From Verrucomicrobiales bacterium (GTDB lineage: Bacteria > Verrucomicrobiota > Verrucomicrobiia > Limisphaerales > J093): a stretch of DNA of 64,000 bases. A program made the position numbers and the translations under genes. Below the pieces are notes generated by a model, which was given only the letters and a program-made list of their open reading frames with translations, was not told where the DNA came from and ran no database searches. The stretch spans positions 44,686-108,685 of the forward strand of contig JBBIVJ010000008.1 in NCBI GenBank assembly GCA_037439785.1. Reading direction: 5' to 3'. This document shows positions 50,542 to 59,732 of the stretch, in pieces (positions within the stretch are counted from its first letter, which is position 1; the number at the start of each line of letters is the position of its first letter).

Positions 50542-51333
50542 TCAATTCGGCGACGTGCCGAAAAAGTCCTCCCGCAGCGGCCTGAGGTAGCGCTCGCTCA
50601 GCGTGTTCAACACCTCCCGCGCCAGGGTGAACCGCTCCGCCATCGCCTCGAACACCGAGGCCGGCCACGGCCGGGCGGGCGCCCGCGCCGCCAGGGCGTA
50701 CAAGCGGCGCCCCTCTTCTTCATACTCGGGCAGGGTGCGTCCTCCCTCGGTGAATCGCCGCACCGGCCGGCGCAGCGAGCCGTAGTCCGGGTACACCCCC
50801 GCCAAAAACAACGTCAGGTCCGCGGCGCGCTTGTACAGCGGCGGCCGGTAGGGCGCTTCCACCAACTGGCACAGGGCGATCAGGTCGTCGAGGTTCAGGT
50901 CACTGAAGCGCCGCTTGCGCCAGACCCCCCGTTCCCGCCAGTACAGGGTGCCGGTGTGGGTGCGGACAAACGAGCAGAGCAGCTCGACCAGGTACGTCCG
51001 CAGCGTGGGGGCATCCAGCAGTTCGCCCGCCTGGCCCGCGGCGAAGACCGGCAGACGCCGCCCCTGGGCATCCGCGTTCAGGACGAAGCCCTGCGTTTCC
51101 AGGTCCCGCCGCAGCCGGCGCAGCAACACTGAAAACAGCAGGTGCGGGCTCACGCGCACCAGCGCCTCCCGCTCGCGCAGCAGCCGCTCGACCAGCCGGG
51201 CGTCGTCCAGCATCGGCTCCAGCAGGTCTTCCCGCTCGCGCAACAGGGCCACCGCCCGATCCGGATCGGCCGTCTCGGGGGCCACGGTTTCCACCACAAA
51301 CCGCAGGTCAGCGTCGGACCATTCCATAACCAT
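50542..51333 (-). CDS. Hypothetical protein
   Basis: Clean ORF with genome-typical codons; VSPHLLFSVLLR, ADLTLFLAGVYPD, F...R..LN.LS.RY. Confidence 0.7.
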   Translation of the reverse strand: MVMEWSDADLRFVVETVAPETADPDRAVALLREREDLLEPMLDDARLVERLLREREALVRVSPHLLFSVLLRRLRRDLETQGFVLNADAQGRRLPVFAAGQAGELLDAPTLRTYLVELLCSFVRTHTGTLYWRERGVWRKRRFSDLNLDDLIALCQLVEAPYRPPLYKRAADLTLFLAGVYPDYGSLRRPVRRFTEGGRTLPEYEEEGRRLYALAARAPARPWPASVFEAMAERFTLAREVLNTLSERYLRPLREDFFGTSPN

Positions 51334-51527
51334 CCTTCCGTCTCCGTCCCGGCGCGACACCCCGCACCGGTGACTGCCCTAAAAGATAATCCCCCGCAGC
51401 CCGCTGCAAAGCCAGGCCGGTTGCCACCGCTTCCTGACAACGCGACGCGGCGCCCACCGGGCCTCGCCGGGCAGCGGCAGGGGATTTGGCGATGGCAGTT
51501 CCGGCCCCGCTCCGCCACAATGCCGTC

Positions 51528-52514
51528 ATGACTTCCGTGCCTCCTCCGCCCGGCCTCTCCCGGCGTCGCTTTCTGGCGGTGACCGCCCTTGCCGGCGGGG
51601 CCGCCGCCTGGTCGCTGCGCGCCGGCGAACCCGCCCCCGCCCGCCCCCGGCTCTGCCTTTCGCCCGGCAGCATCGGGGTGAACGCCGACCAGGACCGGGC
51701 CCTGGCCCTGGCGGCGGAGTTCGGTTTCGAAGCCGTCGAGCCGTTTCCGCGCCACCTCGCCCGCCTCAGCTTCGAACAGATGCGTGCCCTGCTTGAGCGG
51801 CTCCGGGCCGCCGGTCTGGTCTGGGGTGCCGCCGGCCTGCCGGTCGAGTTCCGCCGCGATGACGCCACGTTCCGCGCCGGCCTCGAAGCGCTCCCCGACC
51901 AGGCCGCCGCCCTGCAACGCGCGGGCGCGACACGGGTGGGCACCTGGCTGTCGCCCGCCAGCCGGACCCTGACCTACCTGCAAAACTTCCGCCTCCACGC
52001 GGAACGGCTTCGGGCCGTGGCCCGCCTCCTGGCCGACCACGGCCTGCGGCTGGGCCTCGAGTATGTGGGCACCTTCACCTCCCGCGCCGGCGCCCGCTTT
52101 CCGTTTGTCCACAATCTGGCCGAGACCCGCGAGCTGATTGCCGAGATCGGTACCGGCAACGTCGGCGTCATCCTCGACTCCTGGCATTGGTGGCAGGCGG
52201 ACGAGACCGGCGACGATTTGCTGACCCTGCGTGCCGAGGACGTGGTATCCGTGGACCTGAACGACGCCCCCGCCGGCGTGCCCAAGCAGCAGCAGGTGGA
52301 CAACCGGCGGGAACTGCCCGCGGCAACCGGCGTGATTGACCTGGCCCCCTTCCTCCACGCGCTGGACCGCCTGGGCTATGACGGGCCGGTGCGCGCCGAG
52401 CCGTTCAACGCCGCGTTGAACGCGCTCGACGACGCCACGGCCTGCGCCGCCACCATCGCCGCCCTGCGCCGTGCGCTGGGCCGGCCCCCGAAGGACGGCC
52501 CGGCGCCCGACTGA
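51528..52514 (+). CDS. Tat-exported sugar phosphate isomerase/epimerase
   Basis: SRRRFL, GFEAVE, LGLEYVG, LDSWHW, DLND, GYDGPV.AEPF. Confidence 0.85.
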   Translation: MTSVPPPPGLSRRRFLAVTALAGGAAAWSLRAGEPAPARPRLCLSPGSIGVNADQDRALALAAEFGFEAVEPFPRHLARLSFEQMRALLERLRAAGLVWGAAGLPVEFRRDDATFRAGLEALPDQAAALQRAGATRVGTWLSPASRTLTYLQNFRLHAERLRAVARLLADHGLRLGLEYVGTFTSRAGARFPFVHNLAETRELIAEIGTGNVGVILDSWHWWQADETGDDLLTLRAEDVVSVDLNDAPAGVPKQQQVDNRRELPAATGVIDLAPFLHALDRLGYDGPVRAEPFNAALNALDDATACAATIAALRRALGRPPKDGPAPD

Positions 52515-52547
52515 AACCCCCGGCCCCTGCCCGGTGTTTTTCAGCGC

Positions 52548-53222
52548 ATGAGTGGGCTGGATTGGCTTACCGGACTGGTGCTGGGCGTGGGCCTGAGCGC
52601 CGCGTGCGGCCTGCGAGTGTTTGTGCCCCTGCTGGTCGCCAGCGCGGCCGGGCTCGGTGGCTGGCTACCCTTGGGGGAGGGGTTTCAATGGCTGGCCACC
52701 TGGCCGGCGCTGACGATCTTTGCCGTGGCCGCCGCCCTCGAGGTGCTCGCCTACCACCTGCCCGGTCTGGACCACGTGCTGGACACCCTGGCCGGGCCGG
52801 CGGCGGTGATCGCCGGCACTCTGCTGGCGGCCTCGCAACTGACGACCCTGGACCCGCTGCTCAAGTGGTCCCTGGCCTTGATCGCCGGTGGCGGCGCCGC
52901 GGGCCTGGTCCAGGGCACCACCACCGCCACCCGGGCCGCGACCAGCCTGAGCACGGCCGGCCTGGGCAACCCCCTGCTGGCCGCCGCCGAAACCACGGGC
53001 GCCGCGCTCACCTCCCTCGGCACCTTGCTCTGGCCGGTGGTGGGCTGGCTGCTGCTGGCAGGGTGCGTGACCCTTGCCGCCGGCCTGTGGGGGTGGCGTC
53101 GCCGCCGCCGCCGGGCATCCCGCCTGGCCCCCTCGCCTCCCGCCGCTGCGGGCGGGCAGAACGCACCCTTACCGGACCGCGCCTTGACCGCCTCCGCGCC
53201 GCCGCCTAAGCAAGGCGGATGA
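52548..53222 (+). CDS. DUF4126-family membrane protein
   Basis: GLSAACGLRVFVPLL, EVLAY..P.LDH.LD, TAGLGNP. Confidence 0.85.
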   Translation: MSGLDWLTGLVLGVGLSAACGLRVFVPLLVASAAGLGGWLPLGEGFQWLATWPALTIFAVAAALEVLAYHLPGLDHVLDTLAGPAAVIAGTLLAASQLTTLDPLLKWSLALIAGGGAAGLVQGTTTATRAATSLSTAGLGNPLLAAAETTGAALTSLGTLLWPVVGWLLLAGCVTLAAGLWGWRRRRRRASRLAPSPPAAAGGQNAPLPDRALTASAPPPKQGG

Positions 53223-53920
53223 AGATTGCCCTGTTCGGCATCCCCGGCATTCCCCTGGGCCGCGCCAACCTCAAGGACCCGCGCCTGGACCAGGTGGACC
53301 GGCTGGTCGAGGCCAGGAAAAAGACCTATGCCCAGGTGGAGGTGGTGGGCGAGAACGAGACGCTCACCGCTGACGCCATCCTGACCACCCGCGCGGCCCT
53401 GGCGGACCTGCTGACCAGGGACCTCGATTTCATCGAGGCCCGCCTGGGCCGCAACCCGCCGCCCGCAGAGCGGGCCGTGCTCGAGAAACTGGCCGAGGCA
53501 CTGGTCAGCGAGCGCACGGTCCTGCCACACGGCCTGGCCCCCGCGGAAGTGCAGGCCATTGCCGCCCACAACTTCCACACCCACAAACCGGTGATCGTGA
53601 CCGGGGACGGCGAGCTGCTGTCGCCGGAGGCCCTGTTGCTGCGCGCCTACCAGGCCAGCGGCTGGATTTGCTTCCTCACCGTGGGCGGCAAGGAGAACCG
53701 CGCCTGGCCCATCCGGGGCGGCACCACCGCCTGGGAGGCCGCCGGCGTCATTCACTCGGACATCCAAAAGGGCTTCATTCGCGCCGAGGTCATCAGCCTG
53801 GCCGACCTGCTGGAACACGGCGGCGAAACCGGCGCCAAGCGCGCAGGCAAACAGCGGCTGGAACTCAAAACCTACGTCCTGCAGGACTGCGACGTGGTCA
53901 ACTTCCGGTTCAACAAGTAA
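53219..53920 (+). CDS. Truncated YchF-like protein (DUF933/TGS domain, no P-loop)
   Basis: DPRLD, FLTVG.KENRAW, AAGVIHSDIQKGFIRAEV, RLE.K.YV.QD.DVVNFRFN. Confidence 0.85.
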   Translation: MKIALFGIPGIPLGRANLKDPRLDQVDRLVEARKKTYAQVEVVGENETLTADAILTTRAALADLLTRDLDFIEARLGRNPPPAERAVLEKLAEALVSERTVLPHGLAPAEVQAIAAHNFHTHKPVIVTGDGELLSPEALLLRAYQASGWICFLTVGGKENRAWPIRGGTTAWEAAGVIHSDIQKGFIRAEVISLADLLEHGGETGAKRAGKQRLELKTYVLQDCDVVNFRFNK

Positions 53921-53930
53921 CCCCCCACCC

Positions 53931-54854
53931 GTGAAGAGCCCGGCCCCGGCACTGTTCCTGTTGCATGGCGCGGTGATGCTGTTTGGCGGCGCGGGCGTCC
54001 TGGGCGGGCTGGTCACCGCCCCGCCCGAAGTGACCACCGCGGCGCGGTCGCTGATCGCTGCGGCCGTGCTCGGCGCCTGGCAGCTCGGGCCGTGGCGGGG
54101 TCACCCCGCTCCGCGACGGCCCTGGACGGCGACGTCCCGGGGGGGGGTGGGGATGGCCGGAGCGCTGCTGGCCGTGCACTGGTGGGCCTTCTTCGCCGCG
54201 GTGCAATGGGGCTCGGTCACACTGGGGCTGCTAACCTTCGCCAGTTACCCGCTCTTTGCCCTGGCGCTGGAACCCTGGGTGTATCGGGAGCGCCTGCGCG
54301 TGGCGGATGCCGTGGCGGCCGTGGCGGTGGTGGCCGGCCTGGCCTGCGCGGTGGACGACTGGAATTTCGCGGGCCGGGCCGGACGGGCGGCGTGGCTGGG
54401 GCTGGCCTCGGGGCTGACCTTTGCCCTGCTGGGGCTGCTCAACCGCCGGCTGCTGCGGGAGCGGCCGGCCATCGAGCTGGTGGCGGCGGAGACCGGCGTG
54501 GCGGGTCTGCTGCTCCTCCCGTGGGTGGTGGGGCTGGCGCCCGCCATCCCCGCGCGGGACTGGCCGGTGTTGGTGCTGCTGGGGGGAGTGTTCACCGGGC
54601 TGGCTCACTGGGCGTTCACCGCGGCCCTGACGCGGGTGCCGGTCCGCGTGGCCGGGGTAACGGCGGCCCTCGAGCCGGTTTATGGCGTGGCCCTGGCCAC
54701 GCTGCTGCTGGGCGAGCCGTTGCCGGCCCGTGTCCTGCTCGGCGGCGGCCTGCTGGTGGGCGCCGCCATGCTCGCGGCGGGCACCCCCACCGCACCGGCC
54801 CGGCCCGGCCCGGCGTTGCTCCGCGGCGGCGGAGACAAGGCTTCCCCACCATGA
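53931..54854 (+). CDS. DMT/EamA-family transporter
   Basis: About 10 TMs, LAVHWW.FF, LEPVYG. Confidence 0.85.
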   Translation: MKSPAPALFLLHGAVMLFGGAGVLGGLVTAPPEVTTAARSLIAAAVLGAWQLGPWRGHPAPRRPWTATSRGGVGMAGALLAVHWWAFFAAVQWGSVTLGLLTFASYPLFALALEPWVYRERLRVADAVAAVAVVAGLACAVDDWNFAGRAGRAAWLGLASGLTFALLGLLNRRLLRERPAIELVAAETGVAGLLLLPWVVGLAPAIPARDWPVLVLLGGVFTGLAHWAFTAALTRVPVRVAGVTAALEPVYGVALATLLLGEPLPARVLLGGGLLVGAAMLAAGTPTAPARPGPALLRGGGDKASPP

Positions 54855-55918
54855 AGGGCCCGGATCGCATCCAGGGAAAGCAACCGGCCACGTCCCCACC
54901 GAACCACCCGCCGGAGGGCCCGGCACTGGAGCGGTTGCGCGCCATCTTTTTGAGCGGCGCGGGCACCGAGCGCGATTACTGGGAGAGCGAGACCGACCTG
55001 GCGGCTTACGACGCCACCTTCGCCCAGCGCATCGGCTGGAAGTGGGACCATGTGCTGGACGAGCTCGAGCGCCGCGGCTGGCGGCCGCCGCCGGGACCGG
55101 TGCTGGACTGGGGCTGCGGCAGCGGGGTGGCGGCGCGGGCGCTGCTGGACTGGTTCGGCACCGACCACGTGGCCGGGCTGTATTACTGGGACCGCTCAGC
55201 GCTGGCGCGGCGGTTCGCGGTCGCGCGCGCCCGCCAGAAATACCCCGGACTGGAGGTGAGCGAAGGTTGGCCGGCCGGGCCGGCGCTGGTGCTGGTCAGC
55301 CACGTGTTGACCGAGCTGCAGCCCGGCGATCTGGAGAGCCTGCTGGCCGGGTTGGCGGGGACACAGGCGGTGGTGTGGGTTGAGCCCGGCACGCACGAGT
55401 CCAGTCGGCGGCTGATTCAGGTCCGGGAACGGCTGCGGGGCCGTTTCCACGTAGTGGCGCCCTGCGGGCATGGCGGGGCCTGCGGGCTGCTGGCGCCGGG
55501 GCTGGAAGCGCACTGGTGTCATCATTTTGCCGCGCCACCGCCGGGAGTGTTCACCGATCCGTTTTGGGGGCGTTTTGCCCGGGACCTGGGCGTGGACCTG
55601 CGCAGTTTGCCGGTGAGTTATCTGGTGCTGGACCGCCGGCCCGCGCCGCCGCTGCCGCCCGGCACGGTGCGGCTGATCGGCCGGCCGCGGCTGTACAAGG
55701 CGCACGCCGCGGCGCTGGCCTGTGATGCCTCCGGCCTGGCTGAGGTCGCCCTGTACGCGCGGGACCTGCCGGCGGTTTTCCGTGACTGGCGCAAGGGACG
55801 CTGCCCCGGCTGGCAGGTCTGGGAGCAGGCGGAAGGCCGGCTGCGGCGCGCAGAGCTGTTGCCCGGGTGGGTACCACCTTCGACGGTGCCGGCCGCCGGC
55901 CCCGGCTTTTCGGCCTGA
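54851..55918 (+). CDS. Rsm22/METTL17-like SAM methyltransferase-fold protein
   Basis: VLDWGCGSG, SHVLTEL, VEPGT, VVAPCGH..AC, WCH, SYLVL, LAC. Confidence 0.8.
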   Translation: MKGPDRIQGKQPATSPPNHPPEGPALERLRAIFLSGAGTERDYWESETDLAAYDATFAQRIGWKWDHVLDELERRGWRPPPGPVLDWGCGSGVAARALLDWFGTDHVAGLYYWDRSALARRFAVARARQKYPGLEVSEGWPAGPALVLVSHVLTELQPGDLESLLAGLAGTQAVVWVEPGTHESSRRLIQVRERLRGRFHVVAPCGHGGACGLLAPGLEAHWCHHFAAPPPGVFTDPFWGRFARDLGVDLRSLPVSYLVLDRRPAPPLPPGTVRLIGRPRLYKAHAAALACDASGLAEVALYARDLPAVFRDWRKGRCPGWQVWEQAEGRLRRAELLPGWVPPSTVPAAGPGFSA

Positions 55919-55936
55919 GGCGGCGGGCGGGCCGGC

Positions 55937-57364
55937 CTATTCCTCGATGACCACCCGCGCGTAACGGATGGTCAGGGGGGCGTCGGCCGGCGCCCCCAAC
56001 AGGTCCAGCGTGGTCGAGAGCGGCGAGCCGGCCCGCGGCGTGGCGGTGAAGAAGTTGTGCAGCGGATGCTCCAGGGGCACGCGCACGGCCGGACCGGGGG
56101 AACCGTCGCGCCGGACTTCCAGCAGGCGGTTTTCGGAGACGGCCCGGCCGGCGGGATCGCGGCCGCCCACGTAGTAAATGACGTAGAGCCGGCCGGCGGG
56201 GGTGATTTGGAAGCGCGGGGCGGAGGGGATTTCCTCGGAGACCCCTTCCTCGGCGAGGGCCAGGGTGCGGCGCAGGAGGATTTCGCCCTGACGGAGGCGG
56301 GCGTAGTTGATGGCATGGCTTTGGCGGGTCTGGGGGAAGAACCGCTCGCGCAGCCGTTCATCAATGGCCCGTTCGGACCAGACCAGGTGCACCAGGCCGT
56401 CGGTGTCCAGCCAGAGGTCGCCGGGGGTGATCCAGCCGCAGGTGGCCTCGCGGCTGGCCACCTCGACCCAGTCGGCAAACTGGCCGGTGAGGATGTCGCG
56501 CGACCAGGTGTAGAAGAGGCGGCGGAAGTCGTAGTCCCAGTCCCGGCCGGTGAGCTGTTTTTTGAAGGCGCGCCAGGCGGCGTTGGGCTCGACAATGTCG
56601 CTGACGCCGCAGAAGTGCACCGCGCGGTTGCGGAGCAGGACGTTGGGGTAGGCCACGCGGATGGGCTGGGGCTTTTCGTAGTCGGCGCCCCAGGGCCAGC
56701 GCAATTCGCCCCGCGCCAGCCAGAGGCCGGAGTCGCTCAGGAACGTCCACGCCACCGCCCAGGGCGAGGTGGTGTGGACGAACAGGATCAGCTCGTTGCG
56801 GCGGGCGTCGGCGGCCAGGCTGCGATAGGAATGCTCGGTGAACTCGGGTTTGCCCTGCCATTCGGGCAGGACCGTCAGGCGGGGGGCTTCCAGGTCCTCC
56901 GCGCGAAACACCATCAGCTCCGGCCGGGCGGGCCCCTGGGGCTGATCGGGGACCAGGGTGGGGTGCGCGGAGAGCATCAGGCGCCCATCCTGCAGCAGGG
57001 CCAGCGGGCAGGGCTCGCGGGTCAGATTCAGCACGGAGGCGCGGACCTGTTGCCAGCCATCCTCCCGCCGTTCAAACAGCGTCCAGCGGCAGTTGTTGAG
57101 GGGCCTGGCCCCCGGTACCACTTCGAGGCCGGAGGCAATGACCCGTCCGCCGTGGCGCACCAGGCAGGTGGAACCCCGGCACCAAAGCGGACCCGCGCCG
57201 TTCTGCGGGTCCCGGTAATCGTACACCTTTTCCTCGACCTCGACCCGCACCCGGGGCACGTCAGCGGGCTCGGCCGGACGCCCCCTGGCCGCCAACATCA
57301 GGGCCGCGGCCACGAGGAAGACCCGCCGGCGGGTGCCCCCTCCAGTCCGGTTGCTGCCTTGCAT
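55937..57364 (-). CDS. Secreted hypothetical protein (possible beta-propeller/BNR-like)
   Basis: Signal-like N terminus, NGAGPLWC.G, DYDFRRLFYTWS; ATG 57364 chosen. Confidence 0.6.
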   Translation of the reverse strand: MQGSNRTGGGTRRRVFLVAAALMLAARGRPAEPADVPRVRVEVEEKVYDYRDPQNGAGPLWCRGSTCLVRHGGRVIASGLEVVPGARPLNNCRWTLFERREDGWQQVRASVLNLTREPCPLALLQDGRLMLSAHPTLVPDQPQGPARPELMVFRAEDLEAPRLTVLPEWQGKPEFTEHSYRSLAADARRNELILFVHTTSPWAVAWTFLSDSGLWLARGELRWPWGADYEKPQPIRVAYPNVLLRNRAVHFCGVSDIVEPNAAWRAFKKQLTGRDWDYDFRRLFYTWSRDILTGQFADWVEVASREATCGWITPGDLWLDTDGLVHLVWSERAIDERLRERFFPQTRQSHAINYARLRQGEILLRRTLALAEEGVSEEIPSAPRFQITPAGRLYVIYYVGGRDPAGRAVSENRLLEVRRDGSPGPAVRVPLEHPLHNFFTATPRAGSPLSTTLDLLGAPADAPLTIRYARVVIEE

Positions 57365-57508
57365 GGGGCCATTGAAGCGGTTGAGGGTGGGTTTGTCCAC
57401 GGCCGGGCACCGGGGGGGAAAAAGGCCCAGGGAAGACACCGGCGACCGGCCGCTTATACGCGCATTAAAAGCGTTGACAGGGGGGTGACATGCGGTTCAA
57501 ATTTCCTC

Positions 57509-58390
57509 ATGCAAATCGAGAGTTTAAAAGTCTTCTGCGACCTGACGGAGACGGAAAGCTTCACCAAGGCGGCCCAAATCAATCACATCACCCAGTCGGC
57601 GGTGAGCCAGCAAATCAGCTCGCTGGAGCGGCAGTTCAAGGCCCTGCTGATCGAGCGGAGCAAGAAGAAATTCCGGCTCACCCGCGAGGGCGAACTGCTC
57701 TACAAGGCCAGCAAGGAGATCGTGCAACTTTACGAGCAGTTGCACACCCAGCTTCAGGAGCTGCGGAACATCATCTCGGGCACCGTGCGCGTGGCCACCA
57801 TCTACAGCATCGGCCTGCATGACCTGCCGCCGTACATCAAGCGCTACCTCAAGAACTACCCGACGGTGAACGTCCACGTCGAGTACCGGCGCGCCAACCA
57901 GGTGTACGAGGACGTGCTGGGCAACGTGGTGGACCTGGGCCTGGTGGCCTATCCCACCCGCGACCCGAAGATCGAGATTGTGCCGCTGCGCAAGGAGCCG
58001 ATGGTGCTGATCTGCCATCCCGACCACCCCCTGGCCAAGAACAAGAGCGTCAAGATGAGCGCCCTCAGCGGGCAGAAGTTTGTCGCCTTCGAGGCGGACA
58101 TCCCCACCCGCAAGGCCCTGGACAAGGCCTTCCGCGAGGCGGGCGTGCAGGTGGTGCCGGTCATGGAGTTCGACAACGTCGAGACCGTGAAGCGGGCTGT
58201 CGAGATTGATGCCGGCATCTCCATCGTGCCCAAGACCTGCGTCAAGGAAGAGGTCGAGGAGGGCACACTGGTCGCGGTGGAAATCAGCGACGCCGACCTG
58301 TCCCGGCCCCTGGCCGCCCTCTACAAGAAGAACAAGGTGCTCTCGACGGCCATGAAGCAGTTCCTGGCGCTGCTTAAGGAGTCCATTTGA
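57509..58390 (+). CDS. LysR-family transcriptional regulator
   Basis: SFTKAA....TQSAVSQQI..LE, LTREG, VKRAVE...GISIVP; TTGACA at 57474. Confidence 0.94.
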   Translation: MQIESLKVFCDLTETESFTKAAQINHITQSAVSQQISSLERQFKALLIERSKKKFRLTREGELLYKASKEIVQLYEQLHTQLQELRNIISGTVRVATIYSIGLHDLPPYIKRYLKNYPTVNVHVEYRRANQVYEDVLGNVVDLGLVAYPTRDPKIEIVPLRKEPMVLICHPDHPLAKNKSVKMSALSGQKFVAFEADIPTRKALDKAFREAGVQVVPVMEFDNVETVKRAVEIDAGISIVPKTCVKEEVEEGTLVAVEISDADLSRPLAALYKKNKVLSTAMKQFLALLKESI

Positions 58391-58419
58391 ATCGCGCGCC
58401 CCCCCGTACCGCCCCGGAG

Positions 58420-58442
58420 GCCCCGGCCGCCGGGGCGTTTTT
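58420..58442 (+). terminator. Intrinsic terminator after the LysR gene
   Basis: GCCCCGG-ccg-CCGGGGC followed by GTTTTT. Confidence 0.7.
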
Positions 58443-58481
58443 GCGTTTGCGCCGCCGGCGCCCTTCCCGCAGAAGTAGTCC

Positions 58482-59684
58482 ATGCGCCCCCGGTGGACCG
58501 TTGTCGCGCTGACGGTGTCCGTGGCGTTGAACGTCTGCCTCTGGCTGGCCTGGTGGCGGGCGATCCAACCCCAGCCCGTCCCCACCCGGATCACCGCCCG
58601 CCGACCGGTGGTGACCAACCTCCTCCGCCCGCTGCGTACCAACCTGGTCTTCGCCCCCCGCCTGCTGAGCTGGCGCGACCTGGAATCCGAAGACTACCCC
58701 ACCTACATCGCCAACCTGCGCGCCATTGGCTGCCCCGAGGCCACCCTCCGCGACATCATCGTGGCCGACGTCAACGAACTGTTCGCTGCCCGCCGCGCCG
58801 CGGAGGTCCCCAACCCCCGCCGCGAATGGTGGCGTTCGGAACCCGACCCCGAAGCGGTGCGCCGGGTCGAGGCCCGGCGGGCCGCCCTCGAGGCCGAGCG
58901 ACGGGCCCTGTTGGCCACCCTCCTGGGACCGGACTGGGACACCCGCATCCCCTCCGCTCAGGCCGAGGAATCTTTCCCTCCCCTCGACGGCGAAATCCTG
59001 GGCGCGCTCGCCCCAGAAACCCGTCGTCAGGTCCGCGCCATCGAGCAGCGCCGCCGCCGGCACTTGCAAGAGCTGGAGGCCGCCGCCGCCGCGGGCGACC
59101 GCGACGCCACGAGCGAACTGGCCCGCCTGGAGCGGGAAACCCGGGCCGAGCTGGCCCGCGTGCTGACCCCCGCCCAGTTGGAGGAATACCTCCTGCGCTA
59201 CTCGCCCACCGCCGACCGGCTCCGCGAGCAATTGCGCGGTTTCCAGGCCACCCCCGAGGAATTCCGCGCCCTGTTCCGTGCCCGGGAACAGATGGCCGAA
59301 CAGCTCGAACGGCTCGCGGCCGCGCCGGCCTCCCGTTCCGACCTCCCGCAACTGGCCACCCTGACCCGCGAGTTCGAGGCCACCCTGGAGCGCACCCTCG
59401 GCCCCGCCCGCTACGCCCACTATCGCCTGCTCCAGGACCCGCTGTTCCGCCAGACCCGCCAGACCGCCGAGCGGCTGGGTGTGGAGCCGGAAAAACTCGT
59501 GCCCCTGTACCAGGTCAACCAACTGGCCGCGGCCGAACGCCAGCGCCTGCTCAGCGACGCCGCTCTCTCCGCGGAAGACCGCAACCGCGAGCTGGCCGAG
59601 CTCTACGCCGCCCAGCTCGCCAGCCTGCGCCAGCTCCTGGGCGAAGACACCTTCCGCCGCTGGCAGGCCGAAGAGGGGCCGTAA
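58482..59684 (+). CDS. Membrane-anchored helical hypothetical protein
   Basis: N-terminal TM, W..LESEDY..YIANLRAIGCPE.T.RDII, repeated L..LLGP/LTP..LEEY helices. Confidence 0.7.
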   Translation: MRPRWTVVALTVSVALNVCLWLAWWRAIQPQPVPTRITARRPVVTNLLRPLRTNLVFAPRLLSWRDLESEDYPTYIANLRAIGCPEATLRDIIVADVNELFAARRAAEVPNPRREWWRSEPDPEAVRRVEARRAALEAERRALLATLLGPDWDTRIPSAQAEESFPPLDGEILGALAPETRRQVRAIEQRRRRHLQELEAAAAAGDRDATSELARLERETRAELARVLTPAQLEEYLLRYSPTADRLREQLRGFQATPEEFRALFRAREQMAEQLERLAAAPASRSDLPQLATLTREFEATLERTLGPARYAHYRLLQDPLFRQTRQTAERLGVEPEKLVPLYQVNQLAAAERQRLLSDAALSAEDRNRELAELYAAQLASLRQLLGEDTFRRWQAEEGP

Positions 59685-59732
59685 AGGGGACCGCGGCTGG
59701 GCCGGCCTCCCGGGAGGCGGACGGCGCTGCCC

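Noticed and set aside
54092-54850. Apparent long N-terminal fusion to the Rsm22-like protein (608-aa ORF)
   Set aside because: Out-of-frame overlap with the EamA gene; ATG 54851 with an ATGA overlap is the plausible start
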